Below are positions 12,173 to 25,678 of a stretch of 64,000 nt of DNA, one piece after another. The notes beneath the pieces were generated by a model that saw nothing but the letters and a program-made list of their open reading frames with translations, was not told where the DNA came from and did no database searches. This DNA is from Octopus bimaculoides. Its lineage: Eukaryota. A program made the position numbers and the translations under genes. Numbering within the stretch: position 1 is the first letter of the stretch; the number at the start of each line of letters is the position of its first letter. The stretch is taken from assembly GCF_001194135.2 (NCBI RefSeq), contig NC_068981.1, positions 57,275,121-57,339,120 of the forward strand. Reading direction: 5' to 3'.

Positions 12173-13704
12173 TTTGAGAATCACTGTTGTAAATTTTCAC
12201 AGCATCAAATTTAATATTCTTTAACCTTCCATTCATTTTACTTCAAATTTTATTATCAAGTGGAACCTAACAGACAATATTTTAGCAATAGTATTAATTC
12301 TGTCTCTAAGTTATGAGTTCAAACCCTGACACTGTCGACATTATGTTCTTTCTTGTCAGATTGTTAAAATAAGTAATATTAGTTTATTGGAGATGATTCA
12401 GTTGTCTATACCCACACACTCTGCTAATATTTTAATGTGTGCTAATTTGCAATCTAGCTCGGGCTGCAAGCTTTGGTATTATTATTCCAAAAGGTTTAGA
12501 TCCATGCAATAATTTATTGCATAACAAACCAGTGAATAAGCCAAGAAAGAGTGTAAAACAAAAGTATGGAGACTAGAATCATACACTCCTAGCTCTATCT
12601 TCTGCCTATTCTTTTGATCATTCACACCTATCTACCCCAAAATTACTACTACTACTACTGCTACTGCTGCTGCTACCACAACCAGCACTACTACCACTAC
12701 TATCACCACCACTATCATTATATGATGATAGTGATGACTTTTCACATCACTACAAATCCATAGTTACTAGGCATTTAATTAACCCCAATGTGTCAATGAT
12801 ACTTATTTTAACCAGTCCTGCAAGAATGAGCATAACATTGATCCTGGTAGGATTTGAACTCAAAACTTAGTGTCAGAACTAAGTGCTAGAAGCTTTTACT
12901 TCTACAACTCAGTAGCACTGCCACCATTTCTATCATTACTACTGCAACTATTTCTATGACAACAATAAACTGAACTACTACTACTACTGTCACCACCACC
13001 ACACCACTACTACTACTACCACCACCATCACTACTACTATTGTTTAATATACAAATAGTGTAGGCCCTTTATAAAATCTTACGTCATATACAATTTGTTT
13101 GTTCTTTAATACAGAAACACATTTTTTTTCCCTTTACAACCTATTGTGTTCTAAAACCACAGGGAATCATTCTTAATAGAGCAGAACAACCTTGTCTCTT
13201 TCTTGTTCCACCACACACACACACATACACACAAACTGCCCCCTCACCCCCCAAAAAATAGTAGACCACTTGGGGCTTTGTGAGTCATGCAAGCTTCAAC
13301 TTTATTACAGGACTATAACACACCATGGGGTGTATTTATAAACTACTGGTACTACTTAGTTTGGTCATTCTTACTGCAGCTGCTGCTAGCATTTCACTGC
13401 AAAGCTAACTTGGCAACTGTTCTCGTGACTTATCTTAATTCAAAACATTCTAGCCGAAAGTTATTTATCATCTGTTGTCTTCATTATTATTATTGAGCTG
13501 GTAGAATCAGTAGAGCATTGGATAAAATACCTTGTAGTATTTCTTCTGACTATTAACGTTCTGAGTTCAATTCCAACTAGCATCAACTTTGCCTTTCATT
13601 TTTTCCAAGATCAATAAAATAAAATACTGGTTAGGTACTGGGGTTGGTTGTATCAACTAGCTCTCTTCCTTTCAAAATTTTTGGCCATGTACCTAAATCA
13701 GAAG

Positions 13705-13940
13705 TTATTATTATTATTGTTCGGTAGTTTTATTTTTATAACGTGCTTTCACTTCACTACCAAGCGCAGCTCTGTGCGCCTTGGGTATGTGCTGTGGTTT
13801 GCTGTGGTGCTCTTATGGTTACTGTATTGAAAGTGTTTTGCGTAGGATGTGTGCAGTGCCCAGTAGTGCAATTTTCTGTATGTTATACATATTTGTAAGT
13901 CCTGGCGTTTTTGTTATGTATTTATCTGAATATTTTTTTA
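13705..13940 (-). mobile_element. 5'-truncated R4/Dong-like LINE 3' end in an (AAT)n tract
   Basis: The minus-strand frame ends KKYSDKYITKTPGLTNMYNIQKIALLGTAHILRKTLSIQ*, a QK.ALLGTA.ILR C-terminal motif I associate with R4-clade elements. A short 3'UTR and (AAT)n tail follow. The other flank is (ATT/ATC)n at 13940-14045. Confidence 0.68.
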
Positions 13941-14574
13941 TTATTGTTATTATTATTATTATTATTATCATCATCATCATTATTATTATTATTATCATCA
14001 TTATTATCAGTATTATTATTATCACCATCATTATCATTCTCATCAGCATCTCAGACATATCAGATGGCATTATTGTGATCACAAATTAGCTGTCGTTATT
14101 ATCATAATTGTTAAAGTGGCCATCATTATTGTCATCATTTTGGGGTTATGGGGATGTCATATAGACAGTTGAGAGCAGATTATGGAGATGTCCTTGACAG
14201 TACAAAGTTATACCTGATCATTTGTTAGCATGTTCAGAGTTACATTATTCTGAGTTTATTAAATTCATTAGATGTTTGTTTTATCTATCATTCTTATGAT
14301 CAATAGAAATAGTTGTTGGCAATAAACTAAAATTGATATAGTTAACTTAATTTCTTGACGCACAAAACTGGCCTTGTGCCTAGTCAAAAGCTGTCTTTGA
14401 TTTCATTTCAGACAGTCTGTAAAAATGGAGAGATTTTCCTCAGTCAACATTACAGAAACAAGAACAAAAATAGAAACTAATAACTATAGTGAGCTGATTG
14501 TTTTTCGTGTCAGTTAGATAGGCCACAAAATTATTATTTTTTAAAATTCCCTCCCATGAATTCTTTTATGTTTT

Positions 14575-15548
14575 ACTTGTTTTTTTTTTCTGTGGCCATG
14601 CTTGGGCACCGCCTTGAAGGGTTTTAGTTGAACAAATTAACCCCAGGACTTATTTTTTAAAGCCTGGTACTTATTCTATTGGCCTCTTTTACCAAACTGC
14701 TAAGTTACGGGGATGTAAACACACCAACACCAGTTGTCGAGTAGTGGTGGGGAACAAACACAGACACAGGCACACACACACACTATATATATATATATAT
14801 ATATATATATNNNNNNNNNNNNNNNNNNNNNNNNNNNNNNNNNNNNNNNNNNNNNNNNNNNNNNNNNNNNNNNNNNNNNNNNNNNNNNNNNNNNNNNNNN
14901 NNNNNNNNNNNNNNNNNNNNNNNNNNNNNNNNNNNNNNNNNNNNNNNNNNNNNNNNNNNNNNNNNNNNNNNNNNNNNNNNNNNNNNNNTATATATATAAC
15001 AGTTTAGCTAGGTGTAAAATACACCTAAGGGATATTAAATATTTACTGGTTTATATTACCTATATCAATAACAACATTATTTCTATAGGTAAATAAAATA
15101 AACCTACAGATTATTAATATATAAATATAAATCAGAAATGGAAAAACAAAACAATAAATTAAACAATTATAAATTCAATTCAATTTAAATTTTTTTGTGC
15201 AAACAAATGGCACATCTCATGTCATTTGTTTGTATAAAATATTTAAATTTAAATTGAATTTATAATTGTTCAATTTATTGTTTTGTCTTTCCATTTCTGA
15301 TTTGTGTGTATGTGTGTGTGTGTGTGTGTAGATGATGCTTCACCCATGCCAGCACGGAAGGCAGACATTAAACAATGATGGTGGTGGTGGGCTTCTTTCA
15401 GTTTCTGTCTACCAACTCCCCTCACAAGACTTTGGTCAGCCCAAGGCTATAGTAGAAGACACTTGCTCAAAGTGTTGTGCAATGGGACTGAACCTAGGAC
15501 CATGTGGTTGAGAAGCAAGCTTCTTACCACACAACCAGGCCTGTGCCT
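14575..15548 (-). mobile_element. SINE family A split by about 600 bp of internal cargo
   Basis: The 3' half lies at 14575-14775 and the 5' half at 15386-15548. Between them are (TA)n, a gap, a 175-bp hairpin, (TG)n and a family-C tail. Confidence 0.7.
15129..15303. repeat. 175-bp AT-rich fold-back (arms about 84 bp, 7-nt loop)
   Basis: AAATCAGAAATGGAAAAACAAAACAATAAATT...TGGCA[CATCTCA]TGTCA...AATTTATTGTTTTGTCTTTCCATTTCTGATTT. Confidence 0.9.
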
Positions 15549-15955
15549 ATTCACTATGCTTGTGCCTGTACATATTTGATAAAATTACGTATGTGTGTGT
15601 GCATGTATGTATGTACAACAGGCTTCTTTTAGTTTCTGTTAACCAAATCCACTAATCCACTCAAAAGGCTTTGGTCAGCCCAGGGCTTTAGTAGCAGGTA
15701 TTTACTGAAGGTGCCACACAATAGAATTGAATACAAAATATCTGTAGTTGGAAAACAAACTTCAACACAGCCGGCCTTCACCTAATTATCCAGGCTCAGG
15801 CATGGTTGTGTGGTTGAGAAGTTAGTTTACAAACTATATGGTTTCAGCTTCAATCCCACAACACCTTGGGCAAATGTATTCTACTATAGCTCCAGGCCAA
15901 TCAAACTCTTGTGAATGGATTCAGTAGATGGAAAGTGAAAGTACCCCATTGTGTG

Positions 15956-15993
<38 letters not shown>

Positions 15994-17810
15994 ATACACA
16001 CACTGTACACATATGGTGGGCAGCTTGCAACTTTTTCTACCCAAAGGATTCTTGTAACCTAATATTTTCACGCTAGTATTTATAGCTTTATTTACTTTTG
16101 AGTTCAACTGTTAAAAACAAATGAATGTTATGCATGCATATACATTTACATATTGTATATATTTAAGTATTATTGTTATATATTTTTATTTTATACAACA
16201 TATAAATGTCATGAAATCAGTCAGTGCTGATAATAAACTTCAAGATTCAACTGTTTTATATCTATAGCTCCATCCTAATATGTTTTAATTGTAGTTAGTC
16301 TTTTGTGTTCCCATTCTACTAACCTTAGTAAATCTTTATGTAAGAACAAGTCTTCATACATCTAACATCCTCTAAGCATACAATTATAAGATATATAAAA
16401 TATTTTGGCATTGTCCATCATCTTTTCTGCAAGTTCATGTCTGTTACATATATTGCTTCCCTGGCTTCATTTAGATTCATTGAATATATATATATACTTA
16501 GCTCATTTTTCTCTAACTGTCAATGCTTTAGTAAAATTATATACTTAGTCATATTATACACTTCTGTCAAAGATAGTGGATTGACAGAATCAGACAAAAT
16601 GACTTGCAGTATTTAAGTACAGCCCTGTCTTTATTCTTCCACATTCAAATCCAACTAAAACAACTTTTCATTTCATTTTTCTAGAATGAAAAAAAAAGTC
16701 ATACCTGGTGAGTCATACCTGGAATGCCTTGCATTAAAGAGTGGGGCTAACTTTTTCTGCTAAACAACAACACACATTCAGTGTTCTTTTTGTATGTATT
16801 CATGTATTAGATTTAAGTGATCCACAAAGGCTATATAGAATCAGTAAGTCAAGAACACATTCTTATAAACCTGATTGTTTGCTTGCTTTATTACCTATTT
16901 CTTTTTTAGATGGTAAATGTGGCAATCTTTTTTCTTATGTTACAAAAACAACGATTGCTTAAACCAACAAGCCATCATATTTTGCCACATTTTTAGCTGA
17001 TTATCCATTTTCTACAAAGAGATCTATGATTTTTGTGACTTTCTCTAAAAAACAGACAACTATATTTTCTTTATATATATATAGTTTTTATGCCTTATTT
17101 GGGTGGATTAGTCCATCTTTTATATCTTATATGGGTGGATTAGTCCATCTTATTCCATCCATATTTCTTGAATATCAGCCTATTATTTTTGATAATCTTT
17201 CATATTATTTGTCATTATTAATCATTACATAATCATATGTGCAACTTCCTCTTAATTCTCTCTGATCTCAGAAACACTCTCCTGCATTATTTACTTATAA
17301 TCTCTCCATGGAACACCTTCAAACAGAAGTATTGTTTCCAAGGCTATATTTTTGCTAAATCATTATAATTTATGTGAATGAGTCTATTTTAGTTTACATC
17401 ATCAAATTTTATATTATATATAAGTAGTCACATACTAACATAATTTCCAAAATCAACACTATAACATGTACACATGATTGAAAGAGCTATTAAAAGTACA
17501 TTATATATCATCTCCAATGTTTTAATGTCCATTACCTCATGCTTACATAGTCAGATGAAACTTGTGGGGGCAAAACGGCCAAGTGCTTTTCATGTTGCCA
17601 GTCATCACCTGTTTCCAACTAAGATAATGTTTCCACTGGTTCTTCAAACAGTGAAAAGCTCAATGGTCAGACATGCTCTTGTAGAGCATTGTAAACAAAT
17701 GGCATAACAGTGTATAACAGTAACTTTTGCTTATAACTAGTGCACTCATGTCAAGGTAAAGGAGAATATACAAACATATATAAACACACACACACACATA
17801 CACACATACA

Positions 17811-17841
<31 letters not shown>

Positions 17842-18610
17842 GTGTGTATGTGTGTGAACATGTGTGTGTTCATTCACAAGGGATTGATCAACTTGCATCT
17901 ACAGTAGAAGACACTAGCTGACAGTGTCATGCTTTAGGAATGGTTTTGAAGGCAACTTCTCAACCACACAGCCATATATACACCTATATATGGCAGCGGA
18001 TACAGATATGACCAAGTGGTTGCTTTGCAATCATGAAATTCTTGGTTTAATCCTGTATCTTCAGCAAACACTCTCATATCAACCCAAGCTTTGGCAATGA
18101 AACTGAACAAGCAAAAGCTTTGAGGAAACCTATTAAATAGCTTGTACCTGCAATTCAATGGTCAGCCTTGTCATAAATCCTATGATGCTGATTTTGGCTT
18201 AGAATTTAGACTGAAGATCCAAGTATCTATGGAATACTCAGCCAGTTGTACATTAATTTAACTAAACAATAGCTTACTTAATCAAACAATCAAATGCTCA
18301 TCGTTGATAGTGATAAAGAATGAATTGATCCAGTAGTATTAAAATATTAAGACACCTAAGGAAGTATAAAAACAATAAAAAAAGGAATCTTAAAATATTT
18401 TTCAGAGGGGAAAATTGAATTAATTCACAGGTTTAAAGCTCCATTCCTCATTATTCTATCAATTGCTTTATATTTTATTCCAATAAATAATTTTTTTCCT
18501 TCAACTTTGATTTATTTGTTGCATTGAAGACATTTTTACTAACTAACCACCCGTTGAGAGGGTTTTAGTTTTTGACAAGCCATGATTTAAGTTTTTACTC
18601 AAATAAGTTA

Positions 18611-19075
18611 TTCGTTTTTAGTTTAAGTTCCGTTTCCACACGACGTCACTAATTCCACTGCAGGATTCCATATATCTCTTATGTAAAATCAAATATGTGT
18701 GCGTGCGTGTGTGTGTGTGTGCATGTTATTTCTCTTGAGAATTCTTAGATATAACGACACAAAAGGTATAACCCGCTGAACGGTTTCCTAGCAAGTACCA
18801 GGCGTGCCAGTAGGTAACATAAAGCTTGAGTCATTAACTCAGCGGGATGTTTTTACTGCACTACATACACCTAACAAGTTGGCACTAGATAGATAGGCCG
18901 TGCTAAACAGTCGGCTGCAAACTGAGAATTAACCTGGTTTTTGGTGCTACTGGAGTTCACTACCTCACGAATCATGTCATACTAACAAAGCGAGTGCAGA
19001 TAGCTTGTTTGCTGTCATTGTTGCTGTTGTTGCTATTGATGTTCTTGTTGATGCTACCAACGTTGTTGCTGCGAA
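18611..19075. promoter_or_regulatory. Unique CpG-retaining block; candidate promoter or enhancer
   Basis: 17 CpGs in about 465 bp, against 2 in about 1 kb at 16.0-17.0 kb. It is not similar to any repeat in the window. It contains CGACGTCA (18641) and TGAGTCATTAA (18827) and is followed by (CT)n. Confidence 0.4.
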
Positions 19076-19076
19076 A

Positions 19077-19915
<839 letters not shown>

Positions 19916-20185
19916 ACCTATAAATACATGTATGTGTGTATACTTATATTAGTGTATATATTCTGTTATTCCTTTCCTGGTTTTAGATTGCAGAGCCATG
20001 CTGAGGTAGTGCCTTCAAATGTTTTATTCAATTATATTGATCCCAGCACTGATTTCAGTCTGGAACTTAATAACGATTTTTATTTTGTCAGATTACTAAA
20101 TTACTGGACATTAAAATGACTCGACATAAATGCCACCAGGTTTTAGACTGGTGTGCAAATGCAGACATGAACAAGTGGACACACA

Positions 20186-20216
<31 letters not shown>

Positions 20217-20515
20217 TCAGCTACATATATAACAGGCTTCTTCATAGTTTTCATCTAAAGAAATTCACTCACAAGGTATTGAGTTAACTTGATACTATAG
20301 TGGAAGACATGTGTCCAGTGTGTCACACAGGAAAAGTGAATCACTTGGAACCATGTTGTGAAGTGAATGTCCTGTGGTTAAGAAAGTTGCTTTCCAAGCT
20401 GTGTGGTTAGGGGTTCAATTCCACTGCGCAGCACTTTAAGCAAGTGTCAGTATCTTGTCTTATAGCCCAGGCTAACCAAAGCCTTGTGAGTTGATTTTGT
20501 TGACAGAAACTGAAA

Positions 20516-20749
20516 AAAAGCAGTGAGCTGGCAGAAACATTAGCACGGCGGGCAAAATGCTTAGCAGTATTTCGTCTGCTGTTACGTTCTGAGTTCAAAT
20601 TCTGCTGAGGTCGACTTTGCCTTTCATCCTTTCGGAGTCGATAAATTAAGTACCAGTTACGCACTGGTGTCGATATAATCAACTTAATCCGTTTGTCTGT
20701 CCTTGTTTGTCCCCTCTGTGTGTAGCCCCTTGTGGGCAGTAAGGAAATA
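20516..20749 (+). mobile_element. SINE family B nested in a family-A SINE
   Basis: Body GAGCTGGCAGAA...TTCTGAGTTCAAATT...GTCGACTTTGCCTTTCATCC. The 11-bp TSD AGAAACTGAAA lies at 20505-20515 and 20750-20760. Degenerate copies lie near 9.3, 12.3, 12.8, 13.5, 16.6, 23.8, 27.7, 29.8, 31.9, 32.1 and 58.6 kb. Confidence 0.85.
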
Positions 20750-21079
20750 AGAAACTGAAAGAAGCCTATTGTATATCTACAAGTGTGTGTGTGTGTGTGT
20801 GCACATGCATGTATAAACGTATGTGTGTGCCTTTGTCTTAACATCATGTGATGGTTGCAAATGAGCATCAGTCATGCAAATGATGTTGTTTATGTCTAGT
20901 CTTCTGTGAAAAACATTTCTGGCAATGGGGAAGTATTAACTTGCTTGAAAATAAGTGGGGGTTAGTGACAAAAAGGGCATCCAATCATAGAAAATCTACC
21001 TCAACAAATTCCATCTAACCCATACAAGCATGATGATGGTGATATATTTTCACTCACACATGCATATATTAATAATATA

Positions 21080-21275
21080 CAGTAATCCCTCAACTATCAC
21101 CGATGTTACATTCCAAAACCTCCCACTGAAATAAATAAAATATAAATACCTATTGGCTGCAGAAACCTGCGATATATTGAGGATTCCACAATATAAATTT
21201 ACATATATTAGCCAGAGAAATCCACAATGTTCTGAGTGTGCGATAGGTGAACCACAATATGCTGAGGGATTACTG
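21080..21275. mobile_element. Second copy of the Tigger/pogo-like MITE
   Basis: Same TIRs and colinear internal sequence as 5249-5483. Confidence 0.8.
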
Positions 21276-21294
21276 CGTGTGTGTGTGTGTAGGT

Positions 21295-21750
21295 GAAGGC
21301 ATGGCTGTGTGCATATAGGAATAAGCATGGCTTTGTGGTAAGGAGCTTGCTTCCCAACCACATGGTTCCAGGTTCAGTCCCATTGCATAGCACCTTGGTC
21401 AAGTGTCTTCTTCTATAGCCTCAAGCCAACCAAAGCCATGTGAGTGGATTTGGTAGATGGAACTTGAAAGAAGCCCTTTACTCATATGTGTGTGTGTGTG
21501 TGTGCGCTTGTGTATGCTTGCATGTGTGTGTATGTCTTTGTATCTATGTTTGTCCCCCACCACCACTTGACAACCAGTGTTGGTGTGTTTACATTCCCGT
21601 AACTTAGTGGTTTGGCAAAAAAAGATCGCTAGAATAAGTACCATGTTTAACCAAAATAAAAATTACTTGGGTCAATTCATTTGACTAAAAATTCTGCAAG
21701 GTGGTGCACCAGCATGGCTGCACTATAATGACTTAGACAACTAAAAGATA
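21295..21750 (+). mobile_element. SINE family A, full length
   Basis: GGCTTTGTGGTAAGGAGC...GGTTCAGTCCCA...CACCTTGGTCAAGTG...internal (TG)n...CAGCATGGCTGCA tail. Confidence 0.85.
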
Positions 21751-22982
21751 AAATATATATATACATATTGTATATATGTGTGTATGTGTTCGTGTCTATT
21801 TTTAAATATACCAAATTCATTGTTTCCCTAGCAGGGTACACCACATTGTTCTGACTGAAATGTAACCCAGCTACATTGGACTTACATTTTACATATTTTA
21901 TGCAAAAACGAAAACAGCTAATCTGTTAATAAAGTCTGACCTGTCACTGATATGTTTGCATTGAGCCCCATTATTCTACTCTATAGTTTTAGTGTCCAGT
22001 TGGTAATGTTTGTGTTTGTTAGCAGTATGGCAGCTTATTGCAGAATACTGGACATTTTTATTATGATGTCTCTCTGGGGAGTTCCTTTTTCCATCTAATG
22101 ATTTTCCCATTCTCCCTGTGCTATTGCCTTTCTTCCATACTTTCTCCTATCCTCACAACTTTCTTTCTTTCTTTATCTAGCTCTGATACTACTATGACTT
22201 CTTTTTGTTACTCTTTGTGTTCCTTCTGATTCATTCCCTTTCTATTCACTCTTATCTAGCTTTTGTCTTCTCATAGCTAGTCCCTTCTCTCAAGTTAATC
22301 TCTTATGTCTTACCTCATTCTACTTCTTTCACAAGTTTTTTCCTCATGTCTTTTAGCAGAAGTTCTGATCACTCTTTTTTTTTTTTATATCTCTTTTCCA
22401 TTTATAAACCATGCCTCTTTGTTCCCAGACTCTGTATTTCACATAATACTCTAAGTCACACAATTTATTACATAGTCATATTTATGCAATTTATTGTATA
22501 ATCATATATTATATAAGTGTTAGAAATTGTTGGATGTTAGTACAACTTCCTTGAGTGTCTTCTATCCATATCATGACCACTATGATTCCCCTTTAGTTGG
22601 CATTCTCTTTCTAAAGTATGTATAAGACACCCTTTATATATAATGTATCTGTAATAGAAGAATGATTAATTTGAAGAATTTCATAGAATCTTATCAAGAA
22701 CATGAGAACCTCCCTAGTGCAGGTTCCATAATAAAATGCACCCAGTGCAGTCTGTAGAGAGTTGGTAACAGGAAGAGCATCCATTCAAAAATGTAACATA
22801 CAAATGAAACAGGGTTCCCTGATCCATCTAGGAAGGTAGTAACTCTGAATAAGAACTGACTCAGAACATGTTGACCTCTCCATCAAGGAAAGGACAAAAT
22901 GATGAAGATGAACTGATATGACAAATCGAACAGTCAGCAAAGTGATCCTCTAAATACTATTGCTGCCTTACACTCCTTGTAT

Positions 22983-23470
22983 CTATTACCTCTGCTGAGA
23001 AGTGGAATTTCTCTCCAAGTGGAAGGTAGATTGTACTATGCATGTGTAATGAATTGCAATGTTGCATAATGGTGGAACATGGACACTAAGTGCAGAAGAT
23101 GTGCAAAGGTTGAGAAGAAACAAGGTATGCATGATCGCCAAAATCTGTAATGTTGCTGTACATAAGCAATGAGATATAGATTAGTTTGCAAAAAGAAAAA
23201 AAAAAACTGAAGAATCAACTGCAGAGTGTAAGAGTGACAGCTGTGCTGGTATGAACATATAATGCTTATAAATAACAGACAAGTTGCGGGAGATTCATAT
23301 GAAAGGACCAACCGGAAGAGGAAGACCAAAGAAGACATGGGCAGAAGTGGTGAAAGTCGATTTCAAGAATCTGAATCTCACAAAAGAGATGACAAAAGAA
23401 GACAAGCAGCTGGATACTGCGTTGGAGAAGACTTATCCGTCCCATGCAAGTACAGAAATACAGACATGCC
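22983..23470 (+). pseudogene. RTE-clade LINE, decayed 3' part of the ORF plus tail
   Basis: Reading across frameshifts gives LLPLLRSGISLQVEGRLYYACV..MLHNGGTWTLSAEDVQRL...EGPTGRGRPKKTWAEVVKVDFKNLNLTKEMT, which is typical of RTE post-RT and C-terminal motifs. It ends in CCCATGCAAG. Confidence 0.75.
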
Positions 23471-23863
23471 AACTGTTGTGGTTTGGCCTCTTAGACCATA
23501 AATTAAGATTTGATATCTTGTTATAGATTGTGGTGGGCTGAACACAGTTTATGCAAACTGGCTGTTAACACTGAGCTCTGCTTGAAAACATTATAATGTC
23601 AAACAAGTCTGCCCACCTGTTGGGTAGTTGGCCATTTAATGTTTTAAAAAGGAAGATAACCACTGAGTTTGTTGGCATCACATTTTCTGTTTGAATATTG
23701 AACTGTGAAGATTTTTTAAAATGTACTTGATATAAGGGATTGTATGTGAGTATTTATATTTATCTGTGAATATGTGTGTAAGTACCAATTGAACACTGGA
23801 GTTGATCTAATCAACTTACTCCCTCCCCGAAATTGCTGGCCTTGTGCCAAAATTTGAAACCTA

Positions 23864-23906
<43 letters not shown>

Positions 23907-25467
23907 NNNNNNNNNNATATATATATATATATATATATATGACCATATAGGTAACATTAATTTTTTTATGTATATAATTATAAAAATATAGTTAAGAGCT
24001 ATGACTATCACCAATGCTTAGAGTGGATTGTAGGTATTTGACATCTACTTCTAGCATTGGTGATGGTCATTTCCAGTAGCCCTTAACTATAATTATATTT
24101 TCATAATTATATACATAATATATATACACATAGATAAATAGACAGACAGATAGATAGATATAATATGAACTCTATGTTCAAATTTGTTTGGGCAATATTT
24201 CAACTTCTACAGGCAGTTTCATTGCAGTTTACCATGGAGAAAAAATTCTCTGTTGTAATAAAAGATGTAAAGACATTATTATCAGCTCAAAGTGTCCTCT
24301 GTGAACCTTGCAGATGGACATTTCTGGTTCCTTTGCCATCTCCATTGTAGATACCAAAGAGAGGCAACTCTGAGCTGACCGAAATCCTTGACTTTATAAG
24401 AAATCAGTAAATGCTAGTTACTGATTTGTGCCCATAGACTGCCTAGTCTAATCAAATACATAAGTAGTTGTGCAAAGTAGTGATGGAAAATGAACAGTCT
24501 TTCTTTGGTGTCTACTACTGCAGATGGCAAAAAAAAAGGACAAGAAATGTGCATCTAGAGGCCCATAGAGGACGTCTTGAGCTAATAATGATGTCTTTAT
24601 ACCTTTTACCATTAGGTTGTTTGCTGATAGGAAGGGTATCCAGCCATAAAAACCCTATCAAAATAGACACTGAAGTTTGGTGCAGTCTTCTGCCTGGCCA
24701 GCCCCCAGTCAAACCGTCCAACCCATGCCAGCATGGAAAACAGATATTAAACGATGATGATGATGATGATAATATATACATGATGAATTTCTTCCAGTTT
24801 CTGTCTACCAAATCCACTCACAAGGTTTTGGTCAGCCTAAGGTGTAGCAGAAAACACACTTGCCCAAGTTGCACACAGAACCATGTAGTTCAAAAGCAGT
24901 CTTCTTACCACACAGCGACACCTGCACCTGCAAAATATTAATATACATACTTACATATATATACACACGCAAACACATGTGTATATGCATGTATGTATGA
25001 GTATATCTGAGTGTGTATTTACATAAATTTTCCCACCCCAGCCTTCTGTCATTTTGTTTCTGCCATTATATTATGATATTCTGTCCTCCTTACAATTCTT
25101 TAACTTTTATCATAACAGTAATTCCATGGTTGTTCAATTATTTTGTACCTATCTATCTTCCAATCCTCATCCTTCTCATCAAACTTTAACTCATCTTTTT
25201 GAAGCAGGTTTCTATTTAGCTTCATGTCCATCTGTTTTACTTTTCTCCACTGTTACCTCACTTTCTTGGCTTCTCGTTTTCTCATACAACCCTTCTTTCT
25301 CTCCCCCTCCTACCAAATCAATTCTTCAACTTCAATTTTCCCTGTTTCTTTCTTCTTTTTAGATGAAACGCCAAAGCAGCATAACATTACATGCTATAAT
25401 TCATATAGCAAATAAACTTTACTGACCATCTAAACATTATTAACTCATTATCTAAACATTATTTACT

Positions 25468-25678
25468 GGTTTCAGATTTTGGCACAAGGCTAGTAATTTT
25501 GGGGTGAAGTAAGTCAATTACATCAACACCAATGTTCAACTGGTCCTTACTTTATCAACCCCGAAAGGCTGAAAAGCAAAGTCAACCTTGGCAGAATTTG
25601 AACTCAGAACATAAATATAGATGAAATACTGCTAAGCATTTTGCTTGGTGTGCTAACGATTCTGCCAGCTCGTTGCCT
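25468..25678 (-). mobile_element. SINE family B
   Basis: Reverse complement of the 20516-20749 head and body. Confidence 0.8.

Noticed and set aside
13781-14089. ORFs with poly-Ile/Met tracts resembling membrane peptides
   Set aside because: These are (ATT/ATC)n microsatellite translations plus the LINE 3' end.
17100-17151. Short tandem duplications (20-mer here; also 31336-31380, 33095-33128 and 7924-7950)
   Set aside because: These are ordinary slippage-type duplications with no further structure.
18771-18781. ACCCGCTGAAC, matching the start of 28S rRNA
   Set aside because: The match is only 11 bp and the flanks are unlike rRNA.
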